In this document: piece after piece, positions 38,038 to 51,017 of the stretch
How positions within the stretch are numbered: position 1 is the first letter of the stretch
How the letters are laid out: each line of letters starts with the position of its first letter
Assembly (NCBI RefSeq): GCF_046119375.1
Contig: NW_027362762.1
Coordinates: 929,566,001-929,630,000 of the forward strand
Length of the DNA stretch: 64,000 nt
Direction: 5' to 3'
Source: Phyllobates terribilis
Lineage: Eukaryota
The notes under the pieces: model-generated
Seen by the model: the letters and a program-made list of their open reading frames with translations, nothing else
Databases searched by the model: none
Told to the model about the DNA's origin: nothing
Position numbers and translations under genes: made by a program

Positions 38038-38697
38038 ATTGGGTCTGTCCCCTCCAACTACAAAATGTTAATTAAACCACTTATCTAGGTAAGGCTAATT
38101 AAACTACTTATCCCTATAAAACGATACCTGTAATATAGATTTTAGATTAATTTGCTAGAAAAAAAAAATCATATGCAAGCTAGGAGCTTTGGTGCACCTT
38201 TGGTGTGACCAAGGGCTCAGTTCACCAATATGCCCCCTCAATTTACATACTGAGAACTTTTGTCATCTTTTAATTAACAGTACTCAAGCGATCACTGCCT
38301 GAACCCAATCAGCGGCTCTGCACCTCCGCACGGATGCTGCCGGTTCTAATCACTCAGGACTGTACTGAAGACAGGAGCCAGGGATAATAGCCTGCAATGA
38401 CAGTATGTGAGCACATCTGGGCTCTTTCAGTGTCCGTGCTGAGATGCAGAGCTGCTGATTGAGTTCAGGCAACACTGTCAATCAAAATATGGATGTACTC
38501 AGTGTGCAAACTGGAAGGGCGTAACGGTGCACTGAGCCCTTGGTCACACCAAGAGTGCATCAAAGCACCCTCATCTACATATGAAGGAAATATTTTTTTT
38601 CCTGGCAACTAAACCACTACAATCTCTACTACAGGTATGGTTTAATTAATTATAATTTAAGTGGTTTAATTAGTATTTTGGGGTTGACAGACTCCAT
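38038..38697. mobile_element. Kolobok/T2-type palindromic MITE
   Basis: TTAA flanks; arms ggtgtgaccaagggctcagt and actgagcccttggtcacacc. Confidence 0.78.
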
Positions 38698-39647
38698 TTA
38701 ATTTATGAAAATGGGAAGGGAGCACCAGGATGTCTTTTTGTGAATGAATAGAAGTGTTGTGGTGTCAGGCAGCTGCTGAAAGGGGGCTGATTTTTTATAA
38801 TTGCTATGAAGCCATCCTCTGTGTAAACAATTACTCTTTTACTTATTTACGGGGAAAGTAACCTGCACTTTCTCAGCCACAATATAACACTGTGATCGTG
38901 TAGTGTAAATTCCTTTGCAGGTGTTATTCCTAGAGAACAACACATTTACATTGATACATTGAACCTTCAACTGAATTGCTGTGTAAAACATTCGCCCATG
39001 TATCATTTCCTTTTCTCTCTCTTGCCGGTTTCTGCTTTTATTATTTTTTTTTTCTTGTTTTCAAGTGGATTTGTTATTCTTCAAAACTCTCAATCAGGTC
39101 AACGCGATACAGAAGAATGTGGTTTCTCGGGCACGGAGACCTGTTTCCCAGCGACAGCTTAGCACCGTCTCCTTTTTCGCTTTCATAGTACGGCTGCAGG
39201 TTTTTGGAAGACGTCCATGCTCTAGAAATAGTTGCTGTTTATCCAAGCGGTGGATGAATTGTGTACGTGTGTGGAGACTGCCCTTCTTCATCCCGTCCAC
39301 TGTTATGATGTAGTACACGAGAGGAAGCAGGTACGAGCGGAGAGGTAACAGTTATTGAAATGAAGAATCCTTTGTTGGCCTAACCACTCCCCTTCTAGCT
39401 ATCATATCATTGGCCGGTAAACTCGTTCGACCTGATAAACAGGTACTTTTTCTCCACTTGGTGGTATTTCAATTTTTAGAAACAGTTCAGTACATAGAAT
39501 TCCAACCAGTCTCTGCTGGATCTGAGTTGGTAGCAGGTGGCTGAGACTTGTTCCACAGTATTTCTCAGTGGAGATCTAATGTGTTCTTCGCGTGCACCTG
39601 AGATCATCATCCAGCATCTTCTGCAGCACAACCACTGCTAAACCATC

Positions 39648-40325
39648 ATGGATAAAGGCGCTGTGCAAATAGCCGGATTGGTACTAGGATGCATTGGCTT
39701 AATTGGCACTTGCGCAGTGACTGGCATGCCCCAATGGAGGGTGACGGCTTTCATCGAGAACAATATTGTCGTGTTTGAAGCCCTTTGGGAAGGCCTATGG
39801 ATGAACTGCTTCCGACAAGCCAACATCCGAATGCAATGTAAAATATATGACTCCCTGCTGGCGCTTACACCGGATTTGCAAGCAGGTAGAGCACTGATGT
39901 GCATCGCTGTGGTTTTGTCATTCCTGGCCTTCATGATTGCAATCATTGGCATGAAATGCACCAACTGCGCTGAAGACAATGAGAAGACCAAAAGGATCAT
40001 AGTCCTAATTTCAGGAATTTGTTTCATCTTGTCCGGTATCATTGTATTGATTCCAGTTTCTTGGACGGCCAGTCATATCATCAGAGATTTCTACAACCCT
40101 TTGGTCAACGCGGCTCAGAAGAGAGAGCTTGGGGACGCGCTCTACATGGGTTGGGCAACAGCACTTTGTCTGGTGGCCGGTGGGATCATTTTATGTTGTG
40201 CGTGTTCCCCCACTGACAGGAAGTACAAATATTCTTTACCTCCAAAATCAGCTGCGTCAAATGCCCCTCGAGAAGGAGTGGCAAGGAAGACTTCAAGTTT
40301 GTACTCAAAGAGCCAATATGTTTAG
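39648..40325 (+). CDS. cldn8: Claudin-8-like tight-junction protein, 225 aa, single coding exon
   Basis: Kozak-like accatcATGg; four TM helices; W-GLW-C-C signature; [17 protein letters not shown]...[17 protein letters not shown] is nearly identical to recalled CLDN8; QKRELG; C-terminal PDZ motif SQYV. The exact paralog (cldn8.x or cldn17) is not resolved. Confidence 0.93.
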   Translation: MDKGAVQIAGLVLGCIGLIGTCAVTGMPQWRVTAFIENNIVVFEALWEGLWMNCFRQANIRMQCKIYDSLLALTPDLQAGRALMCIAVVLSFLAFMIAIIGMKCTNCAEDNEKTKRIIVLISGICFILSGIIVLIPVSWTASHIIRDFYNPLVNAAQKRELGDALYMGWATALCLVAGGIILCCACSPTDRKYKYSLPPKSAASNAPREGVARKTSSLYSKSQYV

Positions 40326-41288
40326 TGTTGCATATTGGGTGGCTAAAATATTATGGAGGACAGTCCATCTTTGAATGTAGGAATATGCTATCTGTTTGCA
40401 CTGTTCTTGAACTTTGAAAGGAAAAGTCCAACCTCGGAGATCTTGGAACTTGTAGAATGGCGTCATACTAGCACTTAGTAGAAGGTGCCAGTTTTGGTTG
40501 GTAATTTGGATATGGAGAACTACATTATCTCATTCGTAGGACACCTAGAAGGAAAATCTCTGACATGTCATGTAGGTGACTCTCTACCATAACAATGCCT
40601 TAAAGTGAAAATCTTTCACGACATCTTGTAAGGAAACATTGCTTGCAGGCAGGTGAAAGAGTCAAAAAAAAAGCATTTACTGTAATATATGATGCTATTG
40701 AATTTTTTATTGCATTTTTTTTGTACTGCAGTTAATAGGTCTGAGATAATGTCATTCATGAACTATTGTGTATATATATTTGGTTAGGTGTGAGTATTAC
40801 ACTTTTCACAGAATGAGCTAATTGTTAGGTTGATAGGAAACAGATTCAATGGTGTATTGCTTTGTTATAGTATATATAATTACTACGAGTATGTGGAGCA
40901 CTTATGGAAGCACTGTGGCTCCTACTAGGGAAACATAGGCACTCAGTGTGGCAACATATCTAGCCTCTGCATGATCCATATTATCAAGATATTCCACAAT
41001 GCCCCAATAATACTGAGTCTGATAGAATATGGTATTTCTATAAGAGCTATGATAAGGCCCTATAGACTTTTATGGACATTGTATTATAGCTCCAAACACC
41101 TTACAGGTAGTAATATGGTAACATGCATAGCCCAAAGAGTTTAAGAAAGAAAACTCCTTAGATGGCAGTCAGCCAAATGTTCCTTTGACCAAGATTCTTT
41201 TCATTTTCTGTGCTTTAGACAAGGTTAAAGGGCACCCCATACACCATGTATAGATGTCCGATCCTGCTGAAATTGGCATATACCTTAA

Positions 41289-41886
41289 AGCTAAATTCCC
41301 ACAATAAAGTAATTTGGTGCGTTTTTGATGCTGCAGATTCCCTGCCCCATTACGTCAATTATCATTGCGTTTTTGTGTGCAATTTTTATACATGCGTATT
41401 TATCACATTGTTTTCGATTGCGGATTTTGTGTCTTTTTGACATGTCATGTTCTAGATAAAACTGCTTTGTTTTGGATACTTCTTGCTAATTAGTTTTGAT
41501 AAAAACTTTTTTGATAGAGTCGTGTACAGATTACATGCATTTTTATCGGAAACGCACTAAAACCGTATATGCATTTTGTACCTGTGGATTTTCCTCTTCT
41601 CATAAAACTCTATGGGGAAAAGCCGCAACTAAAAAGCCTATTTACCGCAAGAGAGATTGACATGTTGCAGATTTAAAAAATGCACTGCAGGTCAGTTTAC
41701 GCTGCGTAATTCTACATTCCCACGATGAGTTTTTGATGTTGCAGATTTGCCTTAAAAAAGCACAGTGGGCATGCGATTTCTATAAAATCCATTCACTTTG
41801 ATGGAATTGTAATATGCTGAGGTTTTTGAGCAGCGAAAATATGCACTGTGAAAAACGCACCAAATATTCATGGTGGGAACTTAGCT
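41289..41886. mobile_element. MITE, Harbinger-like
   Basis: AGCTAAATTCCCACAAT and ATGGTGGGAACTTAGCT termini; TTA(A)-like flanks. Confidence 0.65.
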
Positions 41887-41905
41887 TTACAGAATGACCC
41901 AGTAA

Positions 41906-42074
41906 GGCCACGTTCACAAGGCAATATTTTGGTCAGTATTTCTAAGCCAAAATCATGAGTGGAACAATAAGAGGAAAAGTATAATAGAAACTCATGCACC
42001 ACTTCTGTGTTTTTGACCCACTCCTGGTTTTGGCTTATAAATACTGACCAAAATATTGCCTTGTGAACGTAGCC
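41906..42074. mobile_element. Short Harbinger-type MITE
   Basis: TAA|GGCCACGTTCACAAGGCAATATTTTGGTCAGTATTT and its mirror ending GTGAACGTAGCC|TAA. Confidence 0.88.
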
Positions 42075-43690
42075 TAAAAGTCACCACTGCAAGCAGAAGA
42101 ATACTTATTCAAAATGCCCCCTCCACTCCCAAGTTGAAAAGTATATAAATGTACTTGTCTGTCAAGATAATTTAAATTCTGTTTCATCATTCATTATATC
42201 TTATTGACAACCAATATGGCCGCCAGTACCGCTGCAGTAAGGGTTGTCACTCTGCTTTCCAGGAGACCTAAATAGAAAATATGCCTCAGTATTTAGTAAT
42301 GTGAAACAAATCTGGATAACCCTTACGGAGAGATCACTGGTGGCCATTGTAAGAGACAGAACCAATGTCATCTCATATTTATTTTTGACACATTGGAAGA
42401 TCATTTTCACTGGATTTCTCTTCACTTTCTTGAACATACTGGCTCAAGCTTCAAGCAATGGCTCATTATTAGGTTATTCGCTTTGGAGCAGGGATCTTAA
42501 ACCAAAATGGGTCTGGGGCCACTTAGAAAAATCCCGTTAGGGCACCAATCTCAGGGTTGGTAGGAGCACTCATCCCATATAACAGTAGTCGGGGCCGGGA
42601 CTCAGTGCACAGGTCCAGCGGTGGCAGTACAGTTAGGGTAGCCGCCCATGGGCCTTCAGATGCATTGCACCACAGAGGCAAGGCCGTGGCTTCCTGAGAT
42701 TTTCATGGCCAAACCCAATATGGTGAAATACTAAAGAGTTCACTCAGGCATGTCTCTGACTTCTGATTATACCCCACATCCGTAGCGACTTTCGGTCTCG
42801 TTCCGCTTCCATAATTCACCGGGAATGAAAACCATTGTTTCACTGCTGATAGTTTCTGGAGGTCATGTAGCTGTGGGATGTAAAAAAATTGCTTCTCGCG
42901 TGTTTGACAAAAAAAAAAAATCGAAATCTGTTATTGTTAGGCCAAACTCAGATGTCCGCGAACACAGTCCCAATATGGACCATCATGTCCGAATTGGCTG
43001 CAGGTCTCCGGATCTGAACTCGGCAGCCTCATATATGCCTATGAAGCTATAGTTTGGGTCAAGAGACCTTCGGCCGGTCCAGGCATCAGTGGTTTTATGG
43101 ACGTCTTAACTTGTTTTAATGACTTTGGTAATTATTTGGAAAAATCATTCAACATGCTGTATGATTCCCTTCTCTAGAATGAAAGAAGAGAAACATTGGA
43201 ATAAAATTCTTGAATCTGTACCGTAATAGACAAAAATATCCAAGAAACTGAATGTCTGAACTATGATCTCTATATACAAAAGGTTCACAAAAGCTCCAAC
43301 TTTGGCTTGAAACCCATACAAAAAAAGTCCATATTACTTTTTAATAGTTTGAAGGGACTGTCTATTTTTTTCTGGGACTCTTAATGGGGTCTCCAGAATG
43401 AGGTACGGTATCCTCTCTGTTAACTTTGGAATATGAATAGGGGTTTACAACCAAGTTTGTTTTTTGCTCAGGGGAGGGTGGGGTGTCGTTTTGGATCAGA
43501 TTGGAGACTGGGTATAAAAAATGACCCCTGTTGTAAAATACAGACATAATTGATGGTGTGAATTTGAGGTGCTCTTCAAATGGCAATGGTACAAATCTTG
43601 GCAGACCCAGCTCAGCTCTGTCTATATGTGATGCCACCATAGAAGACTGTTTTCCCCCTGTAATTGAGGCCCCTATGGATTTCCTAGTTT

Positions 43691-44181
43691 GGGTACATTC
43701 ACACTGTGAATTTTTCTGCCATTTTTAGAGGGTTCCGCTAAACAAATAGCCAAAAAATAGCCAATCCCCAAACAAAGCGATCAAAACAATGGTCCTATTA
43801 ATTTGTAAGGGAAAACGACTTGCTGTTCATGTGTTCAGGCTTTCGAGCATCTTTTAAACACTTCAGACTTTACAATAGAAATCAATAGGAAGGCCAAAAG
43901 GATGCCTAGAAGATGCCCGGGCATCTTTTTGAGTGCAATATCAGTGTTTTTGCTTAAAAAACACTAATGTTTTCTTCATTAAAAAGAAGTATGAAAAGCA
44001 TCAGTAAAAAAAATGGTAAAAAATGCCGAAAAAAAATTCTGAAAAAAACACTAGTGGAAAAAAATGTCTAAAAAGGGATTCAGGAAATGACCAAAAAACA
44101 CTAAATAATAAAGAAGCTTTCTTTTTTCTTAGGGTTCAGACGTTTTTGATTGCTGGAAAAAGACGCAGTGTGAACATACTG
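43691..44181. mobile_element. Degenerate Harbinger-type MITE
   Basis: GGGTACATTCACACTG and CAGTGTGAACATACTG termini. Confidence 0.55.
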
Positions 44182-44814
44182 TTATACTGGAAGACTGCAG
44201 TAAAAATATATTCTAAAGTTTGTTTACTTCCTTTTTACCTGTTGCGGAAAATATCTAAAATCTAAAAAAAAAAAGAAAAATATTCTGGGAAAAAAAGAAA
44301 AACACAAAATAAAAAGAAAAAGTATGCAATAAAATACACTTAAATCATATACAAAAAGACAAAAACAAAATGGTGAATCCAAAATTTTTCAGAAGTGTCT
44401 GTTTGTTATGTTAGTTTATGTTAGTAGATTGTAATATTTGACTTTTCTGCCTGATGTTTGCTGTGATTGCTTATTTTACGTACTTATATACCATGTAAGA
44501 TATTGGTTGTGTGACGTGTTTTTTGTACAGTATAAATTGTGTAATAAAATTTAATTTCATTGTTTGTTGGTCTAATTTTTACAGGCCTCATAGCATCATC
44601 AAAGCCATCTCAGACAACAGTCGCCCCTAGCAACCAATAAGAATCCTTCTTTCATGTTTCCAGTACAGGTTAGGGTATAATAGATGAATTCTGATTCGTT
44701 GATTTGGTAACTAGGCATTCAGCACAGTGGTCTCTGGCCTATGGATCTCAATGTGTGGTGAAACTACAACTCCCAGCATGTATTGCTAGCTGCAAGTTGT
44801 AGTTTTACCGTAAT

Positions 44815-45828
44815 TGTGGCTCCCTGCTGTTCACAGGACCCAAAAGGGTGCATGGTTGGACTTCTCCACAAGAGGCCCTCATTACAAACAAACACCTCCA
44901 CCCTTCCACCTCATACCACCAGAGGGAGCCCGTTAGGGATATATATATGGAGGGTGGAGCCAGGCAGCGCAGTCAGTCAGAAGTTAGTCTGAGGAGAGCG
45001 TGCTGACGCTGAGAGCAGCGAAGACGCAGCACGTCTGCTGCTGTATTGAGGGCCCCGAGTGTGGCCGGAGGTGAGAGGAGAGAGGAGTTGAGGGGGGCAG
45101 AGGAGCATCATAGGCTCACCCCCGAGTATACAAACCGGACACCGGGTCCGCGCCTACAGGGTCCCTTTATACCCAGTAGGGATCACCGGCATACCAGGAG
45201 GAATACAAGTCCCTGGTCGACCTGAAGCTAAACTCATTACAGGACCAGGAACTACGAAGGCCCCGGCGCCCAGGGATAGTGGTTGCCAGCGGAAGGTCCT
45301 ACTACCAAGCGACAGGTGAAGAGAGCAACACGACACAGAAGCTAGGCCCAGTTGCAGGAGCTTAGAGAGAGGGAGACACGGACCAGGAGGCCTTATACCC
45401 GCTCACTGGGGAGAAGTCCTGAAGTGCACCCTTCCTACCGAGTACCCTGGACCGTACCTGACATCCGCACCAGTAAAGGTATTGAAGCGAATCCCCTGTC
45501 TCTGTCAGTTACTCCTGCTGCGCCATCCCGTCTGCACTACAAGCCCCAGCATCACCACCCACCGTCAAACTCTACACTGCCCTGAGGCCCGCTCCACCTG
45601 TGGGGAGCTGTTCCATCCTAGCTGCCTATCAACTGCCTCAGAGGTCTGCAGCAGCGCTGGTACAAATTACCAGAAACCACAGGTGGCGTCACGATCAAAC
45701 TACAAATCCCATATAAACTATCCCCTTTTTGTTGACTGCCCTGGGCCATGGACCGGGCCAGCCACTGTGACATATTCCCCCCCAGCATCCATAGGCCCCG
45801 AGTACCCCACTGCCCTGGGGGCGCGTCA
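44815..45828 (+). mobile_element. Solo Gypsy LTR of the A/B/C group
   Basis: TGTGGCTCCC...GGGGGCGCGTCA; TAAT TSD (44811-44814 and 45829-45832); TATATATAT box at about 44940. Confidence 0.92.
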
Positions 45829-46719
45829 TAATTACATAGGAGGAGGCACTTGCCATAGATATATCTCCCGACTGACCATGCAAGGGTTTTAAATGGGGAA
45901 CCCTTAGCGTAAACAAAAGGATTGGGCATAGCATTTAAAATGCCCGATCGCTCTGTCCCCTCATCTGCTGGCAGAGAATTGGGAAGTACCCATGGTCTCC
46001 TGCTCCCCGTGAAATTAAAGGGTCCAATTGACTTTAACCCTTTCTTGCTCCATACTATTACAACATGGAGTGGGTGTGGGTGTATGGAGCTGGCTCAGGA
46101 GCTGAGCCCGCTCCACAGAAGGCAGGTACTGGTTGTGTTATACAGTCGCCACTTGCGTGTAACAACAATGATAGGAGCTGACTCCTATTATCTCTGTTTA
46201 ACCACTTAAATGCCAGCATTCATTCAGATGGCCATCACCCCTTGCAACACAATTGAGGGGTGCTGATGGGTTGCCATGGCTGCGAGGGGCCTTCTAAAGA
46301 CCCCCCTCAGTGCCATCTTGGTACTCCTACAGGCTCGGCTTTATAAAAGACTGTGACTAGTGTTGAGCGATACCTTCCGATATCGGCAAATATCGGATCG
46401 GATTGGATAAGACCGATACCCAAAAAGTATCGGATATCGCCGATTCCGATACCGGAAACCAATGCAAGTCAATGGGACAGAAATATCGGAATGAAAATAA
46501 ACCCTTTCTTTCCTTGTAGGTTAATTCTACATGAAGGAAAACAACTAAGAATAATGTAGAATGTATTGAGGGAGGTGGGGGAGACAATAAAGGCATAGAG
46601 GTTTAGCCCAATCAAATGGAATAGCAGGAATTAATATTTTTTTTAAGACGTTCTGAGTTACGGAAATATTGACTATGTTAAGTATTTTTATATTTTGTCA
46701 GATATTTATGTTTCACTAC

Positions 46720-46950
46720 TTCCATGCTCTTCACCTTCTTTTTTACTTCTCCCACACTTTCTCCTTCATCAACCTCAGCATCAGCATCTTTTTCATCCAC
46801 TTCTTCTTCACCTTCTTCATCTTCTTCTTCACCTTCTTCGTATTATTCTTTTTTTTTACATTCTTCATATTCTTCTTATTCAACTATTATTCTTCTTCAT
46901 ATTCTACTTCTTCATCTTCTTCATATTCTTCTTCTTCATCATATTCTTAT
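46720..46950. repeat. Low-complexity (TCT/TCA)n tract
   Basis: Direct inspection. Confidence 0.85.
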
Positions 46951-47279
46951 TTGTGACAGGCATTACTGTAGTTGTTATCTATAAAAGTTTGAACATTACA
47001 CCTTTCGTTCTGCCCATCACAAAAGATTTACAACAGGATTTGTCCGCGTTCAGTTTGGCCTGCAGCAGCAGGTCTTTTCCAGGGGCAACACGAGGAGGAA
47101 CGGACTCACCCCCATACACTGCTTAGTCATCTTCTGCTTATAATTTAGATATTATCTTTTGCTCTGATTTTTAGTCTTATGCTTAATGTTCTTCCGCTTT
47201 TTGTTCTGCAGCTTCTTGTACTTCTGCTTCTTGGTTTTCTGTCTCTTGTTCTTCTGTATCTTGGTGGTTGTCTTCTCTT

Positions 47280-47510
47280 CTTTGTCCTCTTGGTCAACTT
47301 CTTCAGGGTCATCTTCTTGGTCTTCTTCGGGTTGGTCTTCAGGGTCCTCGTCTTCGGGGGTCCTCGTCTTCTTCGGGGTGGTCTTCAGGGTCCTCGTCTT
47401 CTTCGGGGTAGTCTTCAGGGTCCTCGTCTTAAGTGTCGTCGTCTTCGGGGTCCTCGTCTTCTTCGGGTTGGTCTTCAGGGTCCTCGTCTTCAGGGTCCTC
47501 GTCAGGGAGA
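47280..47510. repeat. Short-period GGGTCCTCGTCTTC tandem repeat
   Basis: Repeated cttcagggtcctcgt and cttcgggg units. Confidence 0.85.
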
Positions 47511-47559
47511 TCCACAGTGATTACCAAGAACCATTTCAAAAAGCTTGAACTTGGAAATG

Positions 47560-50135
47560 TAGCAGAAGGTACAAGAAGGCTGAGGAACTACCGAGGACCA
47601 GCTGACGGTACTGGAACTCGGTTACTAAGCAGGAGGTACCTGTGCCAGAAAGCACTACCAAGGACCAGCAGATGTTGGTGGAACTTGGATACCGAGAAGG
47701 AGGCACCTAATCCAAAGGCACTGCCGAGAACCAGCTGACGGTACTTGAACCCGGATGGGTAGCAGAAGGTACAAGAGCCAATGGAACTATCGACGACCAG
47801 CTGACAGTACTGGAACTCGGTTACTAAGCAGGAGGTACCTGTGCCAGAAAGCACTATCAAGGAACAGCAGACGTTGGTGGAACTTGGATACTGAGAAGGA
47901 GGCACCTAATCCAAAGGCACTGCCGAGAACCAACTGACGGTACTGGAACCCGGATGGGTAGTAGAAGGTACAAGAGCAAATGGAACTACCGAGGACCAGC
48001 TGATGGTACTGGAACCCGGATGGGTAGCAGAAGGTACAAGAGCCAATGGAACTACCGAAGACCAGCTGACGGTACTGGAACTTGGTTACTAAGCAGGAGG
48101 TACCTGTGCCAGAAAGCACTACCAAGGACAAGCAGATATTGGTGGAACTTGGATACCGAGAAGGAGGCACCTAAGCCAAAGGCACTGCCGAGAACCAGCT
48201 GACGGTACTTGAACTCGGATGGGTAGCAGAAGGTACCCATGTAAAAAAAAGTTTCAAGGCCGCGAGCGGGCCGCAGTTACCCAAACCCACAGTCCTACAG
48301 GGGGTGCTTGTCCTATTGGCACTATGGAACCAGCCTTCATTGCCAGATCCTGCAGCCCACACAGGAGTCACCAAAACTGCAGGCACCATAGAGTCGGCTA
48401 ACCCGAGCGCAACACGACAGGACAACGCATTGGAGGCAAAGTGACGTTGACACTACCCGGAAACAGCTGGCGTGCTGGAACCAGGCTGGGCAGAAGGGAG
48501 TACCCATGCCAAAGACACTGCCGAGAACCAGCTGACGGTACTGGAACCCAGATGGGTAGTAGAAGGTACAAGAGCAAATGGAACTACCGAGGACCAGCTG
48601 ACGGTACTGGAACCCGGATGGGTAGCAGAAAGTACAAGAGCCAATAGAACTATCGAGGACCAGCTGACGGTACTGGAACTCGGTTACTAAGCAGGAGGTA
48701 CCTGTGCCAGAAAGCACTACCAAGGACCAGCAGACGTTGGTGGAACTTGGATACTGAGAAGGAGGCACCTAATCCAAAGGCACTGCCAAGAACCAGCTGA
48801 CGGTACTGGAACCCGGATGGGTAGCAGAAGGTACCCATGTAAAACAAAGTTTCAAGGCCGCGAGCCGGCCGCAGTTACCAAAACCCACAGTCCTACAGGG
48901 GGTGCTTGTCCTATTGGCACTATGGAACCAGCCTTCATTGCCAGATCCCGCAGCCCACATAGGAGTCACCTAAACTGCAGTCACCATAGAATCGGCTAAC
49001 CCGACCGCAACACGACAGGGCAACGCATTGGAGGCAAAGTGACGTTGACACTACCCGGAAACAGCTGGCGTGCTGGAACCAGGCTGGGCAGAAGGGAGTA
49101 CCCATGCCAAAGACACTGCCGAGAACCAGCTGACGGTACTGGAACCCAGATGGGTAGTAGAAGGTACAAGAGCAAATGGAACTACCGAGGACCAGCTGAC
49201 GGTACTGGAACCCGGATGGGTAGCAGAAGGTACAAGAGCCAATAGAACTATCGAGGACCAGCTGACGGTACTGGAACTCGGTTACTAAGCAGGAGGTACC
49301 TGTGCCAGAAAGCACTACCAAGGACCAGCAGACGTTGGTGGAACTTGGATACTGAGAAGGAGGCACCTAATCCAAAGGCACTGCCGAGAACCAGCTGACG
49401 GTATTGGAACCCGGATGGGTAGCAGAAGGTACCCATGTAAAAAAAAGTTTCAAGGCCGCGAGCCGGCCGCAGTTACCAAAACCCACAGTCCTAGTCCTTG
49501 TCCTATTGGCACTATGGAACCAGCCTTCATTGCCAGATCCCGCAGCCCACATAGGAGTCACCTAAACTGCAGGCACCATAGAATCGGCTAACCCGACCGC
49601 AACACGATAGGGCAACGCATTGGAGGCAAAGTGACGTTGACACTACCCGGAAACAGCTGGCGTGCTGGAACCAGGCTGGGCAGGAGGAAGTACCCGTGCC
49701 AAAGACACTGCTGGGAAACAGCTGGCGGTGCTGGAACCCAGGGTAAATACTAAAAACAGAGTGGAGCCAGAGGAATAATTAGAGCAACTTTAAAATCTGT
49801 AGTAGTGTGAATATGGACAGAGCAGGAGAATTTGCCGGACACACAGCTGGGGAACTGCTGACATTACTGAACCCCAATAACACTGGAGCAAGCGTTGACT
49901 GTGCAGACGGCACTTCTGAGCAGCAACTAGCGGTATTGGAGCCCAGGGTAAATACTAAAAACAGAGGAGCCAGAGGTGTAATTGGAGCAAGTTTTAAATC
50001 AGTAGTACAGTGGATGTGGACAAAGCAGGAGAATTTGCCGGACACACAGCTGGGGAACAGCTGACGTTACTGAACCCCAATAACACGGCAGCAAGTGTTG
50101 ACTGTGCAGACGGCACTTCCGAGCGCCAACTGACC
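47560..50135. repeat. About 66-bp monomer array with 199-bp and 598-bp higher-order periodicity
   Basis: Anchor GTTACTAAGC at 47621, 47820, 48085, 48683 and 49281; CATGTAAAA at 48238, 48836 and 49434. Confidence 0.92.
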
Positions 50136-50139
50136 ATAG

Positions 50140-50656
50140 GCACTGGCCCACCCGCCTCTTCAGATTCAGAGAGACAAAACGGTTGCGCATCACTGCATAC
50201 TACCTCTTCTTCAAATTCTCAAATTCTGCTTGGCTGGCCCCCTCTTTCCAAGCCAAGAGATTCAGAGAACAGAAGTAGAGATGGCTCCTGTCCAGGGCTC
50301 TCTGACTGCCTGGGAAATTTGGCAGGTGGTGAAGAGACAGATGGGTGCTCTTCAGTGCTCAGGACCTGAGAGAATCTGGAACTAATTGAAGTCGATGCGT
50401 TAGCTGCCATCCATCCGACAACGGCTTCAATTTGGTCCTCCCGCAGCAGTGGGGTACGGCTAGCTCCTACAAAGCTGCGCATAAAGGACTATTCCCTGGT
50501 AAAACTGGTGGATGCTGAGTCACTGGTGCCCGCAGCAGGCACAGAATCCCCACGTCCTCTCCCTGCAGGCACAGAATCCTCACGTCCTCTCCCTGCAGAA
50601 ACTCCATGCCCACGACCACGACCACGACCACATGCCTTACTCCCTGCCTTCTTCAT
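50140..50656 (-). pseudogene. Probable N-terminal remnant of the hAT transposase (RG-rich, low complexity) with stops; no BED or catalytic domain follows
   Basis: ATG at 50656: MKKAGSKACGRGRGRG...TRE*SFMRSF...EDQIEAVVGWMA. Assignment rests on position and orientation within the hAT. Confidence 0.55.
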
Positions 50657-51017
50657 CTTGGTAGACTGATAAAGATAGGCAGAAAAGTACTAAGGGCTTA
50701 GTGTGCTTATTCCTGAACAGCTGCTAACAGGTATAAGAAACACTAATTTTATAAAGTGTGGACTAGACTTTAATATGAGCTAATGTGGCCTACACAACTG
50801 TAAAGTGGAGTGTTTGGTGAACTTTATTTAGGTTTTTTTTGTCACAAAAAGACACTGGATGTGCCCAAAGATGTAATACCGATAGTATCACAAACTTTTT
50901 GTAGCTATTACAATGTAGGAAGGTAACCTACAATGCAATAGATGAGGCTACAAAAAATAGGCTAATACTAATCTGGCTGGGGCTGCAGGGCACAATGCTG
51001 CAGAAAGGCTCCTCTAA

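Noticed and set aside
39065-39318. Short ORFs upstream of or antisense to the claudin
   Set aside because: Under 85 aa, overlapping on both strands, with no recognisable motifs.
46669-47548. F/S/L-rich plus-strand ORFs that look like membrane proteins
   Set aside because: Translations of pyrimidine-rich low-complexity repeats.
47588-49561. Many 60-143 aa ORFs across the 66-bp array
   Set aside because: They arise from a unit length divisible by three; plus-strand units contain recurring stops and no known domain is recognisable.
47560-50135. CRISPR-like appearance of regularly spaced repeats
   Set aside because: The spacers are themselves repeated variants, there are no cas genes, and the context is eukaryotic; it is a tandem array.
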